Shown: one piece after another, positions 14,583-30,470 of the stretch
Layout: each line of letters starts with the position of its first letter
Position numbering within the stretch: the stretch's first letter is position 1
Source of the DNA: the human T2T-CHM13v2.0 reference genome, Homo sapiens
NCBI RefSeq assembly: GCF_009914755.1
Contig: NC_060928.1
Reading direction: 5' to 3' (one strand)
Length of the DNA stretch: 64,000 nt
The notes under the pieces: model-generated
What the model was told of the DNA's origin: nothing
Database searches by the model: none
What the model saw: only the letters and a program-made list of their open reading frames with translations
Program-made: the position numbers and the translations under genes

Positions 14583-14700
14583 CAATGCTCTATGTGGACT
14601 ATGCACCCATTAGAGACCCAATGCTCTATGTGGACTATGCAGCCTTTAGAGCCATTAGAGACTCTATGTGGACTCTGCAGTATTAGAGCCATTGGAGACC
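14583..14700. repeat. Degenerate 3-copy tandem repeat (36-43 bp unit)
   Basis: Core CTCTATGTGGACT(A/C)TGCA...CCATT(A/G)GAGA repeated three times. Confidence 0.85.
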
Positions 14701-16329
14701 CGTATTTATGCAATCTAATCCTGGGTCAAATACTCATTTTCCAGGTGATGATGGACAAGTCCCTTAAGCCTTCTGATCAGCAGCTTCTTGAACTCTAAAA
14801 TGGGAAATCTAATATTAATGATATCCTACAACATGGACTGTTGTGAAAACTAATAAAGACAAAGCCTTCTCAAGCACTATGAAGCATTCAGTGCTAAGTA
14901 CAATGAAAATAATGTGGCCAGAGGCCTCGGGCCTGTGCCAGATGGAACCAGCTTTGGCCACTCTTTCCCATACTGCTGCTCCCAGCTGACAGAGGTTTGG
15001 CTGAAGATTCTGCCAGGACCCGTGCATCAGTATTCCCACAAGGAGCTGCAGGGCACACACAAGTGTGTGCTGAGAAAGCCCCCAAGAAAGATGGAACCCA
15101 CGTGGGGGCATTGCTAATGCTGTCCCAGAAAACAAGCCCAGGGATTTTCCCAGCTCTATACATTGCTTTGTGTTTATCAGTGCTTTGACCAGCAGCTATT
15201 CATTTGTGATATGAAACTCTTAAAATAAAATCTTTTTTATTTTAGCAAGTTTTATTGAGGGAACCTGGCTGCAGGCAGGATTTCAGTCTTATATCTGCAT
15301 AAAGCCTAAATTGTTGGCATGTTGAAATATTTCCTTAGAAAAACCAAGGTGTTTGATGTTGCTTAGCCACACCAATTGACTGGACTTCTCACTTCCTAAC
15401 CAGTTGCCTTGGTGTTGCTTAGATGAAGCCCAGATTAATTTTTTTCTCGGTCACTTCTTATAAAATCTGAAATCTGAAAGTTCAGCCCTAACCACCTCAC
15501 AAAATGGTCAGTCTTGTTCTTGACCTCATTAACAAAGGACTGTCCTTCCAACTGACACCAATCTGGGGGAGGAAATAAACCAGACAGCCCGAATGACGAC
15601 AGAGTGGGATGAAATAACCCCTCCCTGGGACAATGCCTTTTCCTGTTTCTGGAGGCTCCTCCTATTCCCACACTGGCTTCTGCATCCGTTACTTGGCCAG
15701 GATCCTCTTTCACATCAAAGTGTCCCTCCTTGGGCTTCAGAAGTAGGGGCATAACCTTAGTTTCTACAGGAAGGCATTTTCATCCCAAAGGAAAGGGAAA
15801 AACCATGTGTTTGGTTGCTATACAATTACAAGCCACTTTCCTTGTTTTTCATTTTACAGTCGTGCACATGAAAAGTATAGGCAGGCTTTTAGCTACGATG
15901 GGCCAAACATTTGGTTCCTAGACTTCTATAGTTTGAGCTGGAAACATTAAAATTATTAAACTGCAGCCATTAGTCTTCATGAATAATATTAAATGCCTGA
16001 GTCAGGAAAAGTTTTAGGAGAGGATACGATTTTCTTTTTTACTTCAAAAACACATGAAAGGGCATAATCTGGACAGATATTTAAGGAAGAGAGGTTGAAG
16101 AATGCCATGCATTCCATCTCAGACTAGGCTATGGGGACTCTACGTGGGAGGTCTGGATTTAAATCCAGTTTTGAATGACTAAATGTAATTGGTGATGGTA
16201 GGGCACTACAGCTTTCCCAAAGCTGTCACTTTGTGTCATTATCAAAAGCACTTATTTGGTACCTAATATGTCTATGCATGGCAGATGTTTAAATAGGAAT
16301 GTCCCTGCCTTTCTGGGGCCTCTGATCTA

Positions 16330-17230
<901 letters not shown>

Positions 17231-17580
17231 TCATCATTTGCTCATTCAGAATTTACTGACTGCTTCCTGGATGCCCCAATGTGTAGCTGGCACTATAAAA
17301 GGTATAAAACAAGTAGACTCATCCAGACATTGACAAAGTCATGTACACTCAGGAGCCCATAATGGCACAACATTGAAGCAATGAGGTAGAAGTGAATTAT
17401 CCCAATCCACACCAACAGAATTGTTATATGAATCTCAATCACTTTGGGATAGATGAGGATATAGACTTAGAAACAGAAAAGCACAATATCTAACTGACCC
17501 TAAGTAACCTCAAAGCAAGCATCCTTAGTGTTCTTTTATCCTTCATATGCTCTCACTGAGGTAGAAAAATTAAGCTTTGT

Positions 17581-17791
17581 GGACACAGGAAGGGGAACAT
17601 CACACACCAGGGCCTGTTGTGGGGTGGGGGGAGGCAGGAGGAATAGCATTAGGAGATATACCTAATGTAAATGATGAGTTAATGGGTGCAGCACACCAAC
17701 ATGGCACATGTATACATATGTAACAAACCTGCACGTTCTGCACATGTACCCTAGAACTTAAAGTATAATAAAAATAATAATAATTAAAAAA
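17581..17791 (+). mobile_element. 5'-truncated L1PA 3' end (L1PA4/5-like)
   Basis: GGACACAGGAAGGGGAACATCACACAC...CCCTAGAACTTAAAGTATAATAAA; TSD AGAAAAATTAAGCTTTGT. Confidence 0.93.
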
Positions 17792-17848
17792 AGAAAAATT
17801 AAGCTTTGTGTGGCTGAATTATAAATTTCCCTTAACAATTAAGAAAAT

Positions 17849-18200
<352 letters not shown>

Positions 18201-18461
18201 TTACTCTTGGGTTAGGGAAAAGGAACATTGGAAGTGAATCAGATCTTCCATTAGGGCCATGTAATCATACTGTTATTACAATGAAAAACAAAAAGGAAGA
18301 GAAAAGAGAGGAAAAAGAGAGCAAGATAGAAAAGATTGGATTCCAGTCTGCTAAAGCTGTCTTGTCTCTGACTGAGAAACCTGTTTGGTAACCTGAATGA
18401 CACCGATTCCTACACCTACAGACAAGCGAGAGGAAATGAAACAGCATTGGTGAAGCATTCC

Positions 18462-18796
<335 letters not shown>

Positions 18797-18799
18797 TGA

Positions 18800-19020
18800 A
18801 GCATTCCTTATGCCCTATGTGCTTTAATACCATTATCTTATTTGATCCTGACAATAGCTTTCCAGGAAGGTGTTAACAACTCTCATTTTATAGATGAGGA
18901 AACTGAAGTTGAACGAGTTTAAGTAACTTGCCTAAACTCATACAGCTAGTAAGTAGCAGAGCCGGGAGTTAAATCCAGGGCTGTCTGACGTCAGAGCTCA
19001 TGAATTTTCTCCTACTTACA
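18800..19020 (-). mobile_element. MIR SINE
   Basis: Core CATTTTATAGATGAGGAAACTGAAG...AAGTAACTTGCCTAA...CAGCTAGTAAGTAGCAGAGCC. Confidence 0.88.
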
Positions 19021-20264
19021 CTCCTTTCATTTGATGCTCAAAGCTCCAGAGAAAAATGTATGTATATAAGGCCCTGGTTGAGTGGAGGACAAATATTCCC
19101 TCTAAAATCTCTACCTGTTCAACCTCCCCAGGAATACATCAGACTACTCTTCAAATATAGTCTTCCCATGTCCCTGACCCACCTAAATTGTTCACTCTTT
19201 CTTTAATATTATTATAATGGAACTCATGGTTTATATTTGAAATGAATTGTATATTGTTATTTGAAGTGCATATGAAAGGCAATGCTATGTAAAGCCTAAC
19301 AAGTGATTATTAAAACTTTATATACCTGTATACTTACGTGTATATAAAATATTGCAAAATAAAATAATATTTAAAGAGATGTGCATTTATTTTTGTCATT
19401 TTGATGCAAAACTATGCTGTATTCTGACTATTTATAAAGTTATTTCCTTACATGTTTTCTATTTTTTTTCCATCCTGTCATTCTTATTCCCCGGGTAATC
19501 TCTATATATCTAAGGAAGAGGAAGCAAGAAGTTGTTCCACCTGTGTTTACTAATTATAGTGTTAGTGCTTTGTATATAATGTTTGTACTTTGTTAGAATG
19601 CTGATTATCTCTCAAGCAGCTAACCCTACTTAGACCTGACAACGATTTAAATTCAAATATCTTCACAGCAGGCAATTTTATTAATGTTTTACATGGCACA
19701 CCAAAGAAGTGAGCTGATTTGGGTGTGTTTGGTTTGGGCTTTATTTTTTCTTTCCATTTTTGGAAGAATATTGTGCTTTAGAAAAGTATGTTCAGTTGGC
19801 CTATACCATTGGAAAACTTTATTGAATTGTTCAACCCATATGTCACAAGCCTGAACCTAGGAGACACCAGCTCCAAGAAAAAGCAGTGTGTTCTATCTCT
19901 GTGACTGATTTCATTTTTGGATTCTCTTTTGAGTCTGCCAATAAGTTCCAGGTGGGATGTGTTGGTTTTTGAGATGCAAGTTACCTGTTCACTGGGAGCA
20001 GAGGAAGACCTCTTGTTTGGGGCTCCCACAACTGACAGATGGCAGTGACTTTGGTCACTGATGATGTCTGGATTCAACTCAGCTTAGAAGAGAAACCATA
20101 ATACCTTGTAAGAATTTCCTTTGCTCCACCCAGTCATTCTAGTAAAGAAAAGAAGACTTGAAAAGCTAAGACTCCAATGCCACACGTGCCACATTAACAT
20201 CTAGACGAGGGCTTGAGGGAATCTCCCTGGAAACCGAAAAAGAAAAGAAAAAAACTGTCTAGGT

Positions 20265-20493
20265 CATGGGTAGCCAATCTTTTAGCTTCCCTAGGCCACA
20301 CTGGAAGAAGAAGATTGTCTTGGGCCACACATAAAACACACTAATACTAATGATAGCTGGTGAGCTTAAAAAAATAAAAATAAAAATAAAAAAACTCTTG
20401 ATGTTTTAGGAAAGTTTGCAAATTTCTGTTGGGTGGCATTCGAAGCCATCCTGGGCCACGTGTGGGCCATGGGCTATGGGTTGGACAGGCTTG
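20265..20493 (+). mobile_element. MER30 (hAT-Charlie MITE)
   Basis: CCAATCTTTTAGCTTCCCTAGGCCACACTGGAAGAAGAAGATTGTCTTGGGCCACACATAAAA...GGGTTGGACAGGCTTG. Confidence 0.9.
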
Positions 20494-20845
20494 CTCGAGG
20501 TAACTGTGCTCCCTAACTAGGCAGGACAGCAAGCCTCCCTCCACAAGGAGACCACAGTTGAATGGGGGTGGAGTGAGGTGGAGCTTTTCGTTTGTGAGTA
20601 TAGTCAGCAATGGAATGGCTGGTGGGTTATACAAATTAAAATTGATTTGCATTCATCTAAAAAAATTAGTAAATACAAGATGCCTATTATATACACAAAT
20701 GTATTGCAGAAAGACTATAAATGCATGATAAAATGTTAACATACAAAACTTTTTTAATGGAAAAATGTTTGGAAAAGGGTTTCTGAATTCTAGGTTTAGC
20801 TTATTGGGAAAAAAATAATTTGAGTTATCCTGAAGTATCGTATCT

Positions 20846-21134
<289 letters not shown>

Positions 21135-21324
21135 ATATATATCATGTCTGATCAGTGTACCATGGCCAATGTGAAGGCCAGCTCAGACCAGCCAGAGTGC
21201 AACAGAACATTTAAAATTTGTCCTGAAGTTCTTCAATAAAAAAGGAACATAAGGACACCTTTATGTCCTTTAGTGCTCTTTTTCAGAATTCCTTGTCTTC
21301 TGTTTGGAAAATAACTTTCATGCT

Positions 21325-21545
21325 AATATAGTGGAATTAACCAATTCCATAGGCTTTGGAGTCTTAAAGACCCAGATTCAAATACAATTTTGACCTTTGG
21401 TAAATGACTTAACATCTCTAAGCCACAGTTTCCTCACAGGTGGAATAGGGTACTTATTTTACAGACTTGTGAGAATTAAGTTAGATTATACATAAATAGC
21501 ATTTAACACAATTGCTGTCAGATGGTAAGCACTCAGTAATTGTCA
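21325..21545 (+). mobile_element. MIR SINE
   Basis: AGGCTTTGGAGTC...GACCTTTGGTAAATGACTTAACATCTCTAAGCCACAGTTTCCTCA. Confidence 0.8.
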
Positions 21546-21684
21546 GATAGGAATATAATCACAGCTACCCCCTTTTATATTTGTACTGCTTCCACCGTTT
21601 TGTACTGAGTCCACCGTTCATATTACTAACATTCTAGCTGCTGATGTGTGGGTTTCCTGGGCAACACAGTAGATCACTTAGGAA

Positions 21685-22203
<519 letters not shown>

Positions 22204-22589
22204 TATTAGCTGCTATTAATATCATTTTTATGCCTCTCAATGCAATGGAGTCCTAATGTCATTGAGTTAAGATGCTGGTTGTAATGTCAATAAAGTCTGC
22301 TTTCATCCTCACTGTATCCACAAGCACTAAGCACATTATCTGACACTGAGAGGGGCCTCGATGAATACTGAGTTTCACTATCTTCTGTAGACCATAAAGT
22401 GGCTTACTAACAGCTCTCTCAGTCTGTGCTATCTCCCTTCAAGTCCATCTGAACTGGCAACCCAGGTCTGTCCCAATCCTCTCCCCTCTGCCTCTCCCAT
22501 CTGATCTCCCATTGCTTTCCTATACATACTCCAACTCCAGCAAACACTGCTGATTTCCTCCCCCCAGCCATGGACTGCAGGGAAGGTGG

Positions 22590-23043
22590 GCCTTGCTGCA
22601 GCTGCAGAGGGAGAATCTTTATCCGTTTGGATCAGTCATGGTGTTCTCATTCCTCTTGCCATTGACTAGTGGAAGTATGGACACCTGATAGAATTTTGGC
22701 CAATTAGATGTGAGAGCAAGCCTTAGGAAGAGGAGGGAAGTATCTGAGAAAAACTTTTCCTCAGATATGGGATAAAGATAGGTAGAAAGAAATGGTCTCT
22801 CCTCCCACTGGATATTGCAGCATTTCCATGTGAGACATGGAGTTACTGCAGCCATCTGGCATGCATGAGGGGAGCTAAGCCAAAGCACTGAGAATGACTG
22901 AGGATGTACTGATCTGCAGAATTCATCAACCCTGTACACCCTAGTTAGAGAATTCATGCTATATGAGAGAATACAAATATATCTATACATATTTGATTTG
23001 GGCTTTTCTGTTATTTGCAACCCTAAGCAGCCTAACAGATATG
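22590..23043 (+). mobile_element. Old MaLR LTR (MLT1J/K-like)
   Basis: GGCCAATTAGATG, CTGCAGCCATCT, 3' end GGGCTTTTCTGTTATTTGCAACCCTAAGCAGCCTAACAGATA. Confidence 0.65.
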
Positions 23044-23054
23044 CAAGAAACCTT

Positions 23055-23350
<296 letters not shown>

Positions 23351-23439
23351 TCCCCCCCACCCCTGTGCAAAGGCCAATATATAATACTTATCCCAATAAA
23401 GTATGCATATCACAAATACATAGCTCACAACAATCTAAG

Positions 23440-24060
23440 TATACTTATATAACGCAGCACTGAAATAAAAATTAAACGTCATTAATATCTGAATAAAAAA
23501 GTTAAAACTAAAACCATTTTTTACCGAACAAATTGGCAAAGATGAAAGACTAATCTTTCTCTTGACTTGGATGTAGAAAAGTGTATTCCCATATGCTTTT
23601 GGTAAGAGTATAATTTGGCAACATGTATAAAAATATTAAACACAACAAATAAAAAAAAACTTTTAAACATGCTTATCTTTTGATCCAAAAATTTCACTTC
23701 TAGGAATTTATCTTAAGGAAATAATCAAATGTACAAAGAGGCATGAGAATCTTTATTGCTGGTGTTTCACAGCAAATATTTGAAAATAATCCAAGTTACC
23801 TCCACAGAGGATTAAATAAATTTTTATATATCTTTAAAAAGATGAGATTTTCAGGAATTGACATGGAAAGCGGACCATGATACACTCTTCCATAAAATCA
23901 GCATGTTGCAAAATAATAAGTGTAGTATGAACCCACCTGTAGTACAGAAGGATATACATTAACTGTTAACAGAGGTCATTTCTGGGGCATAAAAGCATGG
24001 ACAGTATTTACTTTGTACACCACTGTAGTATGTTACTTTTTGGATCAATAGGCACATGTT
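23440..24060 (+). mobile_element. Old L1ME-type 3' fragment
   Basis: AAATTGGCAAAGAT...TATAATTTGGCAAC...TTTGATCC...CACTTCTAGGAATTTATCTTAAGGAAATAATC. Confidence 0.65.
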
Positions 24061-24367
24061 ACTATTTCCATCACAAGTCACATTGAAAGAGCTGAGAACA
24101 AATACTCTGCAGATCTCTGGATAGATCCCCTATCCAACATACCAGTATCTTCTCCGCCCCAACTTCCCTGCCTGCCTTGCATGGGTCAGTGGCTCTCACC
24201 AGGTTGTCCATGAGCCTCTAGTAAGATACAGACATGGTTTAGTTAAGACATCGGGTTTCCGTAGTAATCACAAAGAATTCACTGTAAAGATTAGAATTGA
24301 TTATATAAATGGGAACTTTTATGTTTTATAACTTACTGTAAGAGGAATTATTTTTAAATTTCTATAA

Positions 24368-24752
24368 GGATTCCAACTATATGACATTCTGGAAAAGGCA
24401 AAACTATGAAGACAGTAAAAATAACAGTGGTTTTCAGTGGGTAGAGGGAGAGAGATGAATAGGAGGAGCATGGAGAATTTTTAAGACAATAAAACTATTC
24501 TGTGTGATACTACAATGATGGATGCATGTCGTTATACATTTCAAAACCCATAGAATGTACAACACCAAGAGTGAAAGTTAATGGAAATTATGAACTTTGG
24601 GTGATACCGATATGTCAATGTAGGTTCACTGATGGTAACAAATGTACTTCTATAGTGCAGGATGTTGGGGGAAGCTATGCATGTGTGGGGGCAGAGGGCA
24701 TGTAAGAACTTTCCATTCTGTTTTGCTGTGAACCTAAAACTGCTCTAAAAAC
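24368..24752 (+). mobile_element. L1MC1/2-like 3' end
   Basis: GATTCCAACTATATGACATTCTGGAAAAGGCAAAACTATG...TTTTGCTGTGAACCTAAAACTGCTCTAAAA. Confidence 0.85.
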
Positions 24753-24759
24753 CCTCTGT

Positions 24760-25042
24760 GGCTAGGTGTGGTGGCTCACACCTGTAATCCCAGCACTTTG
24801 GGAGGCCGAGGTGGGCACAAGGTCAGGAGTTTGAGACCAGCCTGGCCAACACGATGAAACCCTGTCTCTACTAAAAATATAAAAACTTAGCCGGGCATGG
24901 TGGTGCAGGAGAGGCTGCTACTTGGGAGGCTGAGGCAGGAGAATCGCTTGAACCCAGGAGGCACAGGTTGCAGTGAGCCAAGATCGCGCCACTGCACTAC
25001 AGCCTGGGCAACAGACCAAGACTCTGTCTCAAAAAAAAAAAA
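24760..25042 (+). mobile_element. Alu (AluS-like, small internal deletions)
   Basis: Dimeric Alu with A tail. Confidence 0.92.
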
Positions 25043-26149
25043 TAGGGTCTATTTTTTAAAAACTCCTATAAGCATAGAAATGTTCTTAGGACATGGGGTC
25101 TTTTTTCTCTCTCACGTGAGAAAAATTGGTTAGTATGAGCTAAAACTGGACAGGTTCAAACTACTGGCTTATAGCATGTTTCTGAATGCCCGATGACCTT
25201 AGCAGCCTATACAACACCTCATCCTCTCGTACCTAGAACATTGTTCTTCCCAAAGATGTTTCCTACTTAGAGTTAAGTTTTTACCCAAAGCATCAGAGGA
25301 ATAGACAAAATCAAATAGAAACAGTTTCAATCACTTGCAGTGTTTAAAATATTTATAATCCTTGCTATAGCCAAAGGCAGCCGGGCTAATTATTTACCAA
25401 GCAAGTGGAAATGATGTCCCGGGGGAGATGGCAGAACTGATACATCAATTGGCAGAAAGTCTAGTAGTTAGTAGGAGTTCAGGGAGTCTCAGGAGCATCT
25501 TGAAATGGCTCTGTTTTAGCCTCACATAAGAACTGGACCATCATGCTACAAATGACACATTTGCTACTCAAAAGATCAAAGGGTACCAGGAGGGCTTCTG
25601 TAGCTTGTCCTCAAGTTGATTTTCTGAGCATCTCTAATGAGCTGCAGTGAGAAAAATCTATGCTGTCTGGGGCTAGAAGGTCCCAAAATAGAAAGATTCT
25701 CTAAATTCCTGTAGAGAAATTTAATGGAGGTGAGAGATTATTGGGGCTCCACAAGGGCTTCGAATTTCTCAACTGAAAAGCTTTTTATTGCAAATGACAG
25801 GATTTTATGAGTTTTGCTAATTAGAAGACCAATTAAGCCTTACTTTAATTTTTTTCAAACAACACAGTAACATCTGGACTTCAAATTGGAACTCCCTCTC
25901 ACTTCTCAAACATGACAGTTAATGGTTTAATTATATTCCAGAATTTTTCTATGTATATACATATGTACATGCTGGTATAGGCTACGTATTTAAATATCAC
26001 ATTACAATGCTGTTGCTCATTCCTAGCTCTGCTTGAAATGTCCACTGAATGACAGAAGTTTAGAGATTTGGTGCAAAGACCAACAGCCAGAACTCGGGTT
26101 GCCCAATGAGCTACTGTCGAGTGTTTACGTTCCTGATTTCCACCTCACA

Positions 26150-26930
26150 TCAGTAATGACAACACTTCCTAAACACCACCAGCTGTATTTTCCAAGTTTG
26201 AAAACTCTAACCTATGTGCACTTTGCAAGTCAGAAACCTAGAGGTCATCCACCCCCTCCCTCACCACCATGTTTGATCCACAATAAAGTTCAGCCAATTT
26301 TATCTCCCTCTTTATTCATGTCTCTTCATTTTCATGATCACCATGGTGGTCCAAGCCACCACATTCTGCCACTCTCCCATCTGAACTGTGGCAGTAGCCT
26401 CCTCATGATCATGCCCTCTTCTAATCCATTCTCCACAAAATAGCTAGAGAAATCTTTTTTAAAAAATAAATCTATCCATATCACCACTTATCAAGAACTT
26501 TGCCTGGCACAGACAACAAAATCCAAACTCCATGCCACTGCCTTAAGTCCCTGTATGATATGACTCTGCCCCCCGTCCAGCCTCAGCCACTCACTCTCAT
26601 TTCCCAGGCTCTAGTCACTCTGGCTTTCTACTCCTGGAGTGCCCATGTTCCCTGCTGGCTCAGACGTGTGGACCCTGTTGTTCTCTGTGGCTGGAGTATT
26701 TTTCCTCCACCCTCCCTACTTTGCCTAGTTAGCACCTATTCAGTTTTCAGATTTCAACTCAAACACCACTTTGTCAAGATAATTTTTGATGGTATGCCTG
26801 TGTGACTGTTTCATTAATGTCTCTGTTGCCCACTGTACTGTAGGCTGCATGCAGGTGGTTCTGTTTTAGTACCTGGTTTCCCCAGAAACTAACAATGTGC
26901 CTGCCATATGGCAGGAATTGGAATGTGAAT
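26150..26930 (+). mobile_element. L2 LINE fragment
   Basis: GTCAGAAACCTAGAGGTCATCC, CCAAGCCACCA, CAGTAGCCTCCT, TCTAATCCATTCTCCACA, AAATCCAAACTCC, GTGCCTGCCATATGGCAGG. Confidence 0.8.
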
Positions 26931-27008
26931 TGCTAACAATTAAAGGACTGATGCACGTAAAGCTGTTGGACAGAGTCCTATCTGGGGAAATAGGGACCAT
27001 ATCTTCTG

Positions 27009-27043
<35 letters not shown>

Positions 27044-27200
27044 CAGGAGTAGAAACTTCTTCTCAACTTCAGAGACTACCCATATACAAAAGCCCAGCTT
27101 CAGGCTGTGCTCTGTTCAGCTTGGCTTTGCCTGGATGGGCAGAAATGACAGTACACATGTGGACAGAGGTACTGATTCTCCCTTTTCAAGATGGAAAGAC

Positions 27201-27504
27201 GGCCAGGCACAGTAGCTCACGCCTGTAATCCCAACACTGTGGATGGCTGAGGCGGGCAGATCACTTGAGGTCAGGAGTTCAAGACCAGCCTGGGCAACAT
27301 GGTGAAACCCCATCTCCACTAAAAATACAAAAGTTAGCTGGGTGTGGTGGCGGGTGCCTGTAATCCCAGCTACTCAGGAAGCTGAGGCAGGAGAATCGCT
27401 TGCACCCAGGTGGTGGAGGTTTCGGTGAGCCAAGATCACGCCACTGCACTCCAACCTGAGTGACAGAGGGAGACTCCGTCTCAAAACAAACAAACAAAAA
27501 AAAA
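27201..27504 (+). mobile_element. Alu (AluS-like)
   Basis: TSD AAGATGGAAAGA. Confidence 0.95.
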
Positions 27505-27604
27505 GATGGAAAGATGACTTTTCAAAGGTTTATTTTCAAAAAAATATGTACTGGCGAATTGAGTTGGAGAAACAAACCAGTCATCAGTAATTACTTTTCC
27601 ATCC

Positions 27605-27623
27605 TTTGGCGCCCTCTATTGAC
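27605..27623 (-). promoter_or_regulatory. Candidate CTCF site
   Basis: Minus strand GTCAATAGAGGGCGCCA closely matches the CTCF consensus CCASYAGRKGGCRS; motif match only. Confidence 0.45.
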
Positions 27624-27681
27624 AATAAACTCAATTGCGGTAAAATTATACCAACACCTTCTACAGCTAGGAAATCTATGA

Positions 27682-27941
<260 letters not shown>

Positions 27942-28277
27942 TAAACTTTTTTTGCCACATTTTTAGGCAACTGTATCTGGCCAATGTTAGAACTCAGAGC
28001 AAAATTATGGTAAAATATCTTTGTCTCAACTCTCAGCAAGAATCATCCTTAGGCTGCCTGTATGGGAAATACACTCCACACAGAGCTGCCAGATTGTCTT
28101 TTATTTTTCTCACCTGGACAAAATATTAGATCTATACTAGAAACAAGGACGAAGCAAATATTTAAATACAATATGTACTTTAATATTTTTTCCAAATGAT
28201 TTAGTTTCAAAATAAATAATGTTAGTCCTTTTCCAAACACATGGAAAATGGATAAATCAGTAAAAAAGAATAGAAGA

Positions 28278-28610
<333 letters not shown>

Positions 28611-28654
28611 TTAAGCACAATGCCCAGTCTATAGCAGCTTCTGGTAAATGCTAG

Positions 28655-28800
28655 TTCCAGTGTCACCTCCATTCTGGCTCTGCCACCAACTAATTGACCT
28701 TGAAAAGTCATTAAACTCTCTGGACCTCACTTTCTTCATCCGTAAAATGAAAGTGTTGAATTATGTGATCTCTGAGAGCCCTTCTCATCTGTAATTCTAT
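28655..28800 (+). mobile_element. MIR SINE fragment
   Basis: GGCTCTGCCACCAACT...AAGTCATTAAACTCTCTGGACCTCACTTTCTTCATCCGTAAAATG. Confidence 0.75.
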
Positions 28801-30246
28801 ATTTCTAAACCCACCCCCTATATCCTTTGGTTTCCCACCACACCACAGTTTCCAGAAAGGAAAGCAGAAACTCTCCATTGATTCCTACACTGTCAATTAT
28901 GTTCTATGATCATCAACTCTGTATAAAGACGTGAGGACACACAGATGAATATGTTACTGTCCCTGACCTCTGGAAGCACATAGCTAAATGGTGTAATTCA
29001 CTACAACACGTATAGGAAGAGCTATGTTTGAGTTACGAACAAATGCTGTGGTAACACATTGGACAGTACTATCACAGAGTTCATAAAATGATTGTTTTAA
29101 TTTAGCAAATTCGATCAAAAATCAATTGAGTCGTGTGCTTGGCATTACCCCAACGATATAAGTAATAAGTTGGATTTTTCTCTTTTTGACCCTATGCTCT
29201 AGGTTTCACTTGGGTATAGCCTAAATATCTAAGAAGAAATGAAAATGGTGCTAAAACTCATCCCTCCTTTTCGGAAGCATGGCTTTATTAGAAAAATCAG
29301 CTGTAGAAGTTGTGTCTTGATCTACTTACTGTGGACTTTCCTGAGAACAGCAAGTCCTCTTGCCAACATTTGCCATGCAGATACCAGACTGTGAGTTGAA
29401 AGTCTGTACAAAGCAATTTCCAGTGGAAGCAAAGCCATCAGATCCCCTGCAGGCATAGTCAGCAGTATCTCTTTCAACTCACCCGGTCTCAGTGCTGCCC
29501 ATGGTCCACAAAATAATTCATTTCCACCTCAGCTGCTGAGACCTAAAATTCCCCTATTCTACTTCAACTCTTTGCAAATTGGAACTCATGCTGGTTCCAT
29601 TTGCTAATGGTGACCACGGCCAGTCCCTCCAAATTCCTGTGTTGACGGACAAAGGCATAACTAAATTTTACCAAACCCTGGAGCTGTTTAGTGTTTTAGG
29701 ACTCTGAAGCATTTATTTCTGTCCCACATAGAAGCTATTCTCTGCTATGAAATAGAAAGATTTCTTAAAAGAAAGCGTTTGATGACCTAGTTGGTGAAAA
29801 CAGAAATGATTAAAACTTAGGCAAATAATCCACATATTGCTATTACCTTAATGATTAAAACATGCAGCTCATTAATTTAACCTGACAGTGGGCCCTTTTG
29901 TGGGTAGACAACTCATACGTAATGTCTTACTGCAGCTGAAGAGACTTGTCCCATGCCAAGCCTGGCTCCCCATTTCTTTTATTACTGAGAAGGCATTGGT
30001 ACAATCCAAAATGATTAAAGCAATAGAGATTGAATTGCAGACAAAGAACATCAGACTGGATCAGGAATGGGAAAATAAAACTCCAAACAAGAATGAGACT
30101 CAAGGGACTAATGATCAAAGCATTCAAGTTTCCCTTTTTAAAAAAAAAAAAAAAAGCTGGAATATTCAACTTTCTACTTTATGACACCTCAGAAAAAAAG
30201 TTTACATCATCTATTAATACAGTAATGCTTTTTATCTGGGAGGAGT

Positions 30247-30426
30247 TCTTCCAGGATTCCTAAAAGAGAACCCTTTATATATATATATATGAAATCTTCC
30301 AGGATTCCTAAAAGAGATTTTAGGATTTTAGGAATCTTCCAGGATTCCTAAAAGAGAACACTTTATATATATATATATGTATATAACATATATACACATA
30401 TATGTTATATATTTATATATATGTTT

Positions 30427-30467
<41 letters not shown>

Positions 30468-30470
30468 TAC
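30247..30470. repeat. Triplicated 23-bp motif with (TA)n and (GA)n microsatellites
   Basis: TCTTCCAGGATTCCTAAAAGAGA at 30247, 30295 and 30335; TA/GA tracts to about 30467. Confidence 0.9.

Noticed and set aside
14583-14700. Short spaced repeats here and at 30247-30380 as CRISPR-like arrays
   Set aside because: Only three copies, no unique constant-length spacers, no cas genes, primate context
20028-20060. CTCF-like CTGACAGATGGCAGTG and palindrome CAGTGAC-TTTG-GTCACTG
   Set aside because: Lacks the conserved 5' C positions of the CTCF core; a 7-bp palindrome is expected by chance
24187-25168. Possible hAT MITE (CAGTGG...CTACTG ends) split by L1MC and Alu
   Set aside because: No convincing TSD or family match by eye
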